Assembly (NCBI RefSeq): GCF_006345805.1
Contig: NC_043000.1
Location: 153,202,001 to 153,266,000 of the forward strand
DNA from: Octopus sinensis
Taxonomy: Eukaryota
Reading direction: 5' to 3'
DNA: 64,000 nt
The notes under the pieces: generated by a model
Seen by the model: only the letters and a program-made list of their open reading frames with translations
Told to the model about the DNA's origin: nothing
Databases searched by the model: none
In this document: one piece after another, positions 54,168 through 64,000 of the stretch
Numbering within the stretch: position 1 is the first letter of the stretch
Layout: every line of letters begins with the position of its first letter
Made by a program: the position numbers and the translations under genes

Positions 54168-54455
54168 AAATTAGAGAAAAACCACTATTATGTAATTCAA
54201 ATAATGATAGACGTAAATCATACCATATAGAAAAAATAAAATATATAAAACATTTACCTAGATCACTATAAAGTACAGAATAATAAACAAACAGTATATA
54301 ATTAGATAATAATTAGTAATTATATACTGCTTCTTATTATTATGTATTTTATTGTGATCTAGATAAATGTTTAATCATATATTTTATTTTTTCTAAATGG
54401 TGCGATTTACGTCTATCATTGTTGGAATTACATAATAGTGTTTTTTCTTTAATTT
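54168..54455. repeat. imperfect palindrome, arms about 135 bp
   Basis: accactattatgtaattcaaataatgatagacgtaaatc versus gatttacgtctatcattgttggaattacataatagtg; centre near 54310. Confidence 0.9.
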
Positions 54456-54958
54456 ATATATATATATATGTACATACAAGCATACGCACATACATATATA
54501 TATGTATGTATATTTATATATATATGTACATATACATATATATGTACACCCACACACTCACACACCCACACACATGAATGAACAATATATTGTGGTGTGT
54601 TAGAAACATCAGAAAACTTTTTGAAGTATTTAAACTACAGTTTTAAGACTTTCTCTGGGGAACTTTAAACAGATGTGAATAATAAATTATTTTCTTCCTA
54701 CACAGTATGGAGATTACCTTGGCATGTTTCACGGTTTGTTGACTAATCAGCATGAGATACGTAACTCTCATAACTATGCCTGACAAGAGAACTTATAACC
54801 AGTTGCTTTTTGAATCAATCACGAACTTGAACTTAGTCGTACTGTTATGGCTAGGATAAATTGCATATCGCGTGATTAAATAATTAATAAATATATATGC
54901 AGAACACAGCATGTATTAGAAAACCTAAGATCAATTTAAAGCATGTATAAGTGTATGT

Positions 54959-55009
<51 letters not shown>

Positions 55010-55017
55010 ATATTTAT

Positions 55018-55790
55018 TGTAGCTGACGTCCCGGTAATTCCCGAGAAAGCGGGGCTAATCCCTTGGTTCCGTTCTCATAATTGTTTCGCTAATCCAATAA
55101 CAACAATACAAAGTATGTAGCCCTTAAAACGGTTTTTGTGCATTTACAGAGAATACCAAACTGTCTTACACAGGATCTTGTTTTCAGGAATTCCCAATAA
55201 GTTATGAATTGTGAAGTCAGTTATGTAATAACATGAAATTAGCTACCCGTTAGTAAGAATTCAATTAAAGAAGCCCCGAAAAGGGTTTTAATGCGGAGAA
55301 ATACTAGTAGGCTATATATACTAAAATCGTGAAGCATGTTGCGTAATAAAAGACTAATCAGATATGAAATAATAACAATTCAAAGTAAATAACTCTGAAA
55401 AGGGCTTTTGTGCGTTCCTAGAGAATATTACCCTCAGCAGCGCTAGTGTTGGTATATTCGGGAAGAAGTCACTAACCGAAATAAGTGGATCTATTGTTTA
55501 GGAAAATACTATTTACTTGTATAAGGGTTGTACTGGATAAATTGCGAAAATAACTCTAACAGTTCAAATACTAAGAAATAAGCATACTCAGTTTGATTTA
55601 TATCAAATGATTTAGAAAATTGAGTGGGTTATTTCCCTTGGCTGTTGAAATGAAATATATTAGATAAGGACCCTTCCGGGGGCCTATTATCAATTTTTTC
55701 AATAAAATCGATAAAACGATGTAGGCGGAGTTAGCTGACAACTCCACAAACACACCCACAGAGAGAATTCCTCACATATGTAGTATATAT
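55018..55790 (-). mobile_element. possible old non-autonomous Helitron
   Basis: gtagctgacgtcccggtaattcccgag resembles a reverse-complemented hairpin-plus-CTAG end; internal imperfect repeats. Confidence 0.35.
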
Positions 55791-56089
55791 ATGTGTGTGT
55801 GTGTTGTGTGTGTGTGTGTATGTAAGAGAAGGAAAATGCACAACGTTTACATAGTTTTAATATATTTTTAATATATTTTATAAGTGTTTGTCGACCGCTT
55901 TCGCCATTCATGACATTGAAATTATTATAATTTCGTATTCTCTCAAGAAGATTTTAATCTATGTGCTTGTATGGAAGCTTGTGAATAAATCAACAAGTAG
56001 AAAAATCTAAGGGAAGGTAATCGGTGATTGTTAATTATTTGGTACAGGGAAGTGATTGCTCTATTTTGTGGTGGTGGTGGGGGAGTATA

Positions 56090-58325
56090 GATAAATATAG
56101 AAAAATTCAAAAGCTAAATAAGTTCAGTGATGCGCATCTAATCATGTGCTAAAATGTATACTGAGACCAAAGTTGGTTATGTGTTCATATTTAGGCGTGT
56201 TCTGTATTTTACGATAAATAAATTTTCTTTATTTAAACGTTCTTGTACAGAAATTGTTTTTTTTTTTTGCACTAGTAGATAGGGAAAACTATGAAGTTTG
56301 GTTGAATATTACCTGCACATCTCTCTATGTGTTCACTCAAAAGAATCTGTATGTAGTTTGGGAAACAGGTCTGTTCCTTTTGTAGTGTAGCTCTCCGCCT
56401 GATTGCCATATTTATCTGTCCTATACAGTTATGTCCACAATCTAAACAAGTTATAACAGAAATTAGATTCCCAAAAGCACAAGTAAACCTCTCTTTTTGT
56501 CTGAATAGGAATTTCGAGCCTTCTAGTAGGTTCCATAGTTTGGGCGTCAACATTTTTCAACCATTGGTTTCGTGGTTGTTGTGTAAAACTTCGCATTTGT
56601 CAAAAGTTCTTTAAGCGATATGTGTTGCTTTCTGCATTTGATGAATTTATATGTTTTCAGAATGTTGTTCATTTTTGGATCCCTAGTCAGCATAGGTAGA
56701 GTTTGTAAAATAGTGTTATATGCCTCATTTTTCTAGGGTTGTGAATTTATATATACGGCAGTATTTTGAGATGATGTGTGATATTATGTTTTGTTTTAAT
56801 GCTTAATTTCTTGGCACGCTTAATTCCGTCATCAATGAGTGAGGGTGGATATTGTCTCTCAGTGTTGTTCTGAGGTCTTGAAGACAGAGGTCTTGAGTAT
56901 TTCCACCAGACTCTATTTGCTAAAATAAAGGGGATATTTCTTTTGATGTGCTTTTAGTAGTATGAGCTAAACAGAAGATATTGCTTCGTGTCCGTTGGTT
57001 TATCATAAATGTTAGTTACAATTTGGTTGTTGACTTGCTTTTTTGATTTAGGAAAGGGAGTATTTCTTTGGTATAGTCCATTGTAAATTGAATGCTTTAA
57101 ATTCAAAATGTTTATCAATGGTCTCATTCCAAATGATAAAGCAGTTATCCAGATATTTTTTCCAGTTCTCTCTTATATAATGGTGAAATAGATATCCATA
57201 TTTCTGCAGTGACACTCCATATATGGTGAATTCAAAATATCCGATTATTAGGTTCGCAAGAACAGAGGCTGCTTTCGTTCTCATCGCAATTCCGTATTTT
57301 TGACGATAGGAAATAGGAAATAATTGTTCTGAATTATAAATTTTATGTTTCAATAATAAAAACCTGGTTTATGCGTTCCGGAAGTTCCTCGGAAGACTTT
57401 TCTAGCCAAAATTTCATTGCTTCTATTCCATAGTCATGTGGGATATTGGTGTAAAGATTAATAACATCGAAGGAAACCAATAATGTTTGTTCATTCTTTG
57501 TTTTTTGGTAGGTGCTCCAGCATATCACTTTTTTTTCTCTCTTTTACTTGTTTCAGTCATTTGACTGCGGCCATGCTGGAGCACCGCCTTTAGTCGAGCA
57601 AATCGACCCCGGGACTTATTCTTTGTAAGCCCAGTACTTATTCTATCGGTCTCTTTTTGCCGAACCGCTAAGTGACGGGGACGTGAAAACACCAACATCG
57701 GTTGTCAAGTAATGCTAGGGGGACAAACACAGACACACAAACACACACACACATATATATATACATATATACGACAGGCTTCTTTCAGTTTCCGTCTACC
57801 AAATCCACTCACAAGGCATTGGTCGGCCCGGGGCTATAGCAGAAGACACTTGCCCAAGATGCCACGCAGTGGGACTGAACCCGGAACCATGTGGTTGGCA
57901 AGCAAGCTACTTACCACACAGCCACTTCTGCGCCTATATCTAGATCATTTCTAATGAAGATTTTGATATATTTCAGCAAGGGTTTCAGTAGGATTTTTAG
58001 AAAATTGCTTAGGCGGTGAGTTTCACAGGCTGGGCCAGATATAATGAATCTTAACTTTAAATCTTCTGACGCTAGGATATTTATGTATTTGCCTGGTGAT
58101 TGTTTGCAGGCTTCATTAACTATCTTGCTCTTGTGTATTTTAGGTAGGGCGTAAAAAAACTAGATTTACATTTAAAAAAGTTCGTGATATAATCTATTTC
58201 TTTTTGGCCTTTTCCATGTAGGTGAATTAAGAATTTTTCATTGTTTTTTTTTGATTTTGTAAACTTATAAAATATATTAAAATATACTAAAACTATGTAA
58301 ACTGCATTACAACTCACCATGTGGG
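56090..58325 (-). mobile_element. Penelope-like retroelement remnant (RT plus GIY-YIG endonuclease), interrupted by a SINE
   Basis: FYALPKIHK, LRFIISGPACETHRLS, LVSFDVINLYTNIPH, YRQKYGIAM, WKKYLDNCF, YDKPTDTKQYL, NLISVITCLDCGHNCIGQ in order. Confidence 0.92.
57527..57935 (-). mobile_element. SINE family A inserted in the Penelope RT, ATATC TSD
   Basis: ATATC at 57522-57526 and 57936-57940; removing the SINE restores RNDLDMLEHLP. Confidence 0.92.
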
Positions 58326-58357
58326 AACAGTCGAAATTCTCCTCCCTTTTCTTACTT

Positions 58358-58388
<31 letters not shown>

Positions 58389-58416
58389 ATCTCTATATAC
58401 ATATATATATATATAC

Positions 58417-58583
58417 ATACGACGGGCTTCTTTCAGTTTCCGTCTACTAAATCCACTCACAAGGCTTCGGTCGGCCCAAGGCTATAGTAGAAGATACTTA
58501 CCGAAGGTGTCACGCAGTGGGACTGAACCCGGGACCATGTGGTCAGAGAGCAAGCTATTTATCACACAGCCACTCCTACGCCT
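58417..58583 (-). mobile_element. SINE family A 5' half
   Basis: acgacgggcttctttcagtttccgtctac...cacacagccactcctacgcct. Confidence 0.85.
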
Positions 58584-58760
58584 ATATATATATGTGTGTG
58601 TGTGTGTGTTTATGTATGTATGTATGCTTGAATGTATGCATGTTTGTATGCATATATGTACGTGTGTGTGTGTGCGCACGCGTGTGTATAAAGAAAAAGA
58701 GAAAGGAAGGAATCGATAGATAGATAGATACATGCATACATACATACATACATACATACA

Positions 58761-58794
<34 letters not shown>

Positions 58795-59840
58795 CATACG
58801 TATGGATTGTTATTGCTGTGAATTGCAGCGACATTGAACTTAAACACCGTAACTTACACTAAATTTAATCAAACCTATGTCTGGATGAATTGGTACGCGG
58901 ACTTTCTTGTTCTCTTTCTTTTGGCGAATATCTATACTTGGAATGTGCTCTATATGCACATAGATCGGTCGGATAGCTTTCTTAGGATAAGCTGACAACT
59001 GGAAGAACTTCAGTGGTGGCTTACTTGATACGAGAAGGATCGTAACCAATGTGTGACAGATGGAAGTAGAAGAGGACCTCGAAAACCAGAAACACACACA
59101 CACACGCACACGGCTTTGTTATAAATTCGTCCGCTTTAATTGTTCACTTATTTTTACTTTTATATTTCATCAATATTTTCTACAAATCAGTCAATAACAT
59201 TCTCTTCCATTTATTTTTCTTTATTGTTCACGACTTCTTGCTGACGTTTCACTGGCTTGTTCATGCTTTTACGGTAGAAATAAGCTGGCATTGACTCAAA
59301 GAATTCATCGAGCAACATTTTCTGCCTTACGTCGCCGGTCACGTCATTTCACCAGTGTTGTATCGTTGAGAGGGTACATTTGCTGAATGTACAGGTTTAC
59401 CTTGACCAAGTGATTGTTGTCAAAAATTTATTAGTGGATTAGCCCTTTCCAGTCCCCCTTCGCAAAAAGATCTCAAATTTTATTTAATTTGCTTTTCGCG
59501 GGAAGGAAAGTTTCTATCGAAGATGCGTATCGCCTTCACCTTCGAAACGCAGAGTAGAGGAAACCATGGCAACTGAAGAAGGGGAATTTTCCTTGTGTTA
59601 TTTGTCCTGTACTCTATTTTTTCGTTGTTTAAGAAAAATGTCCAGTTCCTTGGTTTTGTGTTTATGTTTTCGTTTCTCATTGTGTTCGACGTTTTTTTTG
59701 GTGTCCTGTACCCATATATGCATGTATATATACATGTAGAGGTAGGTACGTACATATATGTATGTATATATGCATATGTTTTATTTATTAATTTATTATA
59801 TGACGGAACGCACGCATCCATTTCTAAGTAAGATTGTTCT

Positions 59841-59926
<86 letters not shown>

Positions 59927-60522
59927 ATGTATGTATGTATGTATGTATGTATGTATGTATATAATGTGTATGTGTGAACATGGTTAACTGAAACCAATGA
60001 GTCACTAGCAGTTGGTGAAATTCACAGTTAGAAAAAGAAAATATATTTTCAAGACAGGGAACTGTACTTGACTGGGTAACAAATATTGGTGTTTAGTTTA
60101 AATCTTAACATTGCTTTCATGGAGGATATCTTTGAACCTATTGCGTTATGTAATGGACTCGTAACACTTCTAGTTTGAAAGTAAACCTCATCCTGGATTT
60201 ACGTGTCGAATTTCTTGTGAATCCATGCATCGACTGAAGATTCACTAACCCGTATTGAAAAATCCACTGTGAAAAGGAATATCTTTGAAACCTTGAAGTT
60301 TGTATTTCTTTGAATCCTGGTACGGTGAGAAATTTCTTTTCTTTGTTTTTTCAGATGTGATCGGAATAATTCAGACACTTAAGTTCTCCAGCTGCAGAGC
60401 TGACAGCAGCTAGTGCAAACGTTGAGTCTTTTTCTTTACAACATTATTCCATTTCATCGTACTGTTTTTCTCTCCTTTGTATTTTAAGAACTAAATATAT
60501 TTTTAAAGGAGTGTTTACATAT

Positions 60523-60925
60523 AGGCGCAGGAGTGGCTGTGTAGTAAGTAGCTTGTTTACTAACCACATAGTTCCGCGTTCAGTCCCACTGCGTGGCACC
60601 TTGGGCAAGTGTCTTCTGCTATAGCCTCGGGTCGACCAAAGCCTTATGAGTGGATTTGGTAGATGGAAACTGAAAGAAGCCCGTCGTATATATATATATA
60701 TCTTACTCCCCACAAGAGGCTAAACACAGAGGGGACAAACAAGGACAGACAAACAGATTAAGTCGATTATATCGACCCCAGTGCGTAACTGGTACTTAAT
60801 TTATCGACCCCGAAAGGATGAAAGCAAAGTCGACATCGGCGGAATTTGAACCCAGAACAGACGAAATACGGCTATGCATTTCGCCCGGCGTGCTAACGTT
60901 TCTGCCAGCTTTTGCCAGCCCGTCG

Positions 60926-60990
<65 letters not shown>

Positions 60991-61058
60991 ATATGTTTGT
61001 GTGTCTGTGTTTGTCCCTCCAACGTCGCTTGACAACCGATGCTGGTGTGCTTACGTCG
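60523..61058 (+). mobile_element. SINE family A interrupted by a family C insertion
   Basis: Head 60523-60700, remainder 60917-61058. Confidence 0.88.
60701..60916 (-). mobile_element. SINE family C nested in family A
   Basis: Flanked by duplicated AGCCCGTCG(TA)n at 60678 and 60917. Confidence 0.88.
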
Positions 61059-61564
61059 CTAAATGAAAGTATGTGAGTGCATGCACACACACGCATCCTC
61101 ACCACTGCCAAAAGTCAGAGGATATTTGTATTTACTTTTTCTTGAAGATTGTTTGACCACAGAGGCAGGATGACGAACGGTCCCACATACCCATGTGTTT
61201 ATATGTATATGTATATATTTGTGTGCGTGCGTGCGTGCGTTCACGTGTGTGTTTGTGTATGTTTGCGTACATGTATGTATCAGTACACACATATATATAT
61301 TTGGATATTCACACCTGCCCGCATGTGTATGCATATGTATCTTTTAGCCTCTTCATATTCGGTCATTAGAATTGTAGTTGAATTAATCGAATCCAGTACA
61401 TTTCTAATCCTCGTACTTATGCCTTGCCATCGGTCTTTTTTACCAAACTGCTAAGTTACAAGGACGTAAACAAAACAAAACAAATACCGGTTATCAAGCA
61501 ATGGTGAAGGACAAATACACATACACACTCAAACATATGGATATATATATATATATATTATAGC

Positions 61565-61594
<30 letters not shown>

Positions 61595-61597
<3 letters not shown>

Positions 61598-61781
61598 CGG
61601 TATTTCGCCTGCCGTTACGTTCTGAGTTCAAATTCCGCCGAGGTCCACTTTGCCTTTCATTCTTTCGGGGTCGATAAATTAAGTACCAGTTACGCACTGG
61701 GGTCGATGTAATCGACTTAATCCCTTTGTCTGTCTTTGTTTGTCCCCTCTGTGTTTATCCCCTTGTGGGTAGTAAAGAAAT
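61595..61781 (+). mobile_element. SINE family C, headless monomer
   Basis: tagcggtatttcgcctgccgttacg...gtaaagaaata. Confidence 0.9.
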
Positions 61782-61802
61782 ATATATATATATATATATC
61801 GC

Positions 61803-62062
61803 AATGATAGATCGTTAGCCACTACACACATTTTTTCTCTCCTTGTTTCTCTCCTTTTCTTCTCTCCTTTTTTTCTCTCCTTTTTTCCCTCCTTCTTTTC
61901 TCTCCTTGTTCCTCTCCTTGTTTTTTTGTGTCGCTTTCTGTAGAAGTGCGTAGGCTCGAAACGTAAAAGACTTTTTCTATTCCTGAGCGTTATACTAATA
62001 TATCTGTTTCTTTTGTACACCACCTGTCTTTGACTTTTGTTTTTTTCGTAACTCTCCCTATA
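61803..62062 (+). mobile_element. short repeat family D with hammerhead-like motif
   Basis: CTTT-CTGTAGA-A-GTGC gtag GCTC-GAAA-CG-TA-AAAG at about 61935-61970. Confidence 0.8.
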
Positions 62063-62065
62063 TAT

Positions 62066-62096
<31 letters not shown>

Positions 62097-62364
62097 ATAA
62101 ACGACGGCTTCTTTTTTTTTCCCGTCTACCATATCCATTAACAAGGTTTTGGTCGGCCCAAGGTTATGGTAGTAGAGACTTGTCCAAGACGCGACGTACT
62201 AGGACTGAACTCGAAACCATGTGTTGGGAGTAAGCTTGTTACCACACAGCTACAGCTGCGCCTCAGAGTGTATATACATATATACATACACATACACAAA
62301 AATCAACGCATACGTTTATGTCTTTCTGTACACACATATACACCGGTATCCACTCACACACATG

Positions 62365-62428
<64 letters not shown>

Positions 62429-62957
62429 ATACATATATATTATACATATATATATATATATATACACTATATATATATATAATATATATATATACTATAT
62501 ATATATATATATAATATATATATATATATATGGTGTGTGTGTGTGTGTGTGTGTGCATGTATACATGTGGCGCGTGTAAGTGTGAAAATCTGTCTGCATG
62601 TGTGTATGGGGGTGTGCGTGTGCGTGCATGCACTCACATATTTTTATGTACCACATGTATGTACACGTACATGCAACAACAACGCATACATATATATCTA
62701 TATCATGAGCTTATATTTACGCCTCCCCAATGTGCACATATGTATACGAGGCCACACTTTCATACATTGCTTATTCGCTTAATAAATACAATTGCAATTT
62801 ACATTTGACACCTTTTTAAAAATTAATCTCCGTTACTAATTCAAATACCACAATCATATTCATGAATAAATTTCTTTTTTACACTCATACATATGCGTCT
62901 TTACTGAGTTTCCTATGTTGCAGCTTATGTGCAATAAAAGGGGTACGTGACTGTGTA

Positions 62958-63183
62958 TTACTCTTTTACTCTTACTCTTTTACTTGTTTCAGTCATTTGA
63001 CTGCGGCCATGCTGGAGCACCGCCTTTAGTCGAGCAAATCGACCCCAGGACTTTTTCTTTGTAAACCCAGTACTTATTCTATCGGTCTGTTTTGCCGAAC
63101 CGCTAAGTAACGGCGACGTAAACACACCAGCATCGGTTGTCAAGCAATGCTAAGGGGACAAACACAGACACACAAACACACAC

Positions 63184-63217
<34 letters not shown>

Positions 63218-63451
63218 TATATATATATATATATATAATTATATATAATATATAATATATATATATATATGTATATCTACATATATACGACGGGCTTCTT
63301 TCAGGTTCCGTCTACCAAATCCACTCACAAGGTATTGGTCGGCCCGGGGCTATAGCAGAAGACACTTGCCCAAGATGCCACGCAGTGTGACTGAACCCGC
63401 AACCATGTGGTTGGTAAACAAACTACTTACCACACAGCCACTCCTGCGCCT
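62958..63451 (-). mobile_element. SINE family A
   Basis: Reverse complement of the family A consensus. Confidence 0.92.
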
Positions 63452-63704
63452 ATGTGTACGAATGTCTGTCTACATCGACGTATAAGCTGCTGTCTTTGTT
63501 TCTTTTTTCAAATTCTGCGTGTATATGATCTATAACAGCGTTCTTATTTATATCCGATTCTATGTATCCGTTTTTACCTATTATCTATTTTTATATTAAA
63601 ATCGGCATGTGTCTTGTTTTAAAAATGCCTCATATGAAAGTCATATGCCTCATCGTGCTAATTTGTGTCTAAGGTTTGTGTCCGTCTAAACGTGTGCTGA
63701 TGTG

Positions 63705-63830
63705 TGTATGTAAATGTGTATGTATGTATGTATGTATGTAGTATGTATGTATGTATGTATGTATGTATGTATGTATGTATGCATGTATGTATGTATGTAT
63801 GTATGTATGTATGCATGTATGTATGTATGT
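63705..63830. repeat. (GTAT)n microsatellite
   Basis: Direct reading. Confidence 0.97.
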
Positions 63831-64000
63831 AATTATTCAGTTTATTTCAAGAATTCTTGCTAATAGAGAAACAACCGGTTTCTAACCTAGATCCAAGGTT
63901 CCTTAGGGTATTTTTGTATGTATATGTGTGCAGATTTGTATATTTTATGTATGTATTTTCATGCATATAGTTACATATCTAGATATACTTATATATAAAT

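Larger units (their letters stand above)
61395..62263 (-). mobile_element. old SINE family A split by two nested insertions
   Basis: 3' part 61395-61520, 5' part 62101-62263. Confidence 0.7.

Noticed and set aside
55885-55920. Half hammerhead (GTCAT ga ATGGC-GAAA-GCGG-TC, minus) downstream of the Penelope ORF; similar GAAACCGGTC at about 51961
   Set aside because: The CUGAnGA half is missing, so it cannot be called, although the position is suggestive.
59534-59595. Permuted hammerhead (ttcGAAAc...gta...CTGAAGAagggg)
   Set aside because: No convincing stem I between the cleavage site and the core.
60330-60425. Polypyrimidine tract plus AG as a splice acceptor of a host exon
   Set aside because: No clear donor site or recognisable peptide; such tracts are common in AT-rich DNA.

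Overview
AT-rich, microsatellite-dense animal genomic DNA with no recognisable host protein-coding gene. The repeat content resembles an octopus/cephalopod intergenic or intronic region (inference from recalled SINE families; not verified). The window is a mosaic of mobile-element remnants: three tRNA-derived SINE families (about 25 copies or fragments), Tc1, mariner (DD34D) and maT-like transposase pseudogenes, non-autonomous Helitrons, a foldback element with an 8-bp TSD and GG termini (Merlin-like), CR1/L2, RTE and R4/Dong-like LINE fragments, and a decayed Penelope-like element (RT + GIY-YIG). Nearly all listed ORFs are microsatellite or SINE artefacts. The most interesting signal is non-coding: at least eight type-I hammerhead-ribozyme-like motifs in short, mostly (TA)n-flanked elements. 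They include a same-strand pair of different hammerheads 443 nt apart (one with a compensatory U3-A8 core), one inside an inverted-repeat element, and a 3-copy family with a shared A6-to-U core variant. Together these suggest Penelope-derived, retrozyme-like RNA elements. Also notable are a 4-unit tandem SINE between a 17-bp TSD with its empty site preserved next door, and a tail-to-tail SINE pair. All calls were made by eye and boundaries are approximate unless a TSD/TIR is quoted.
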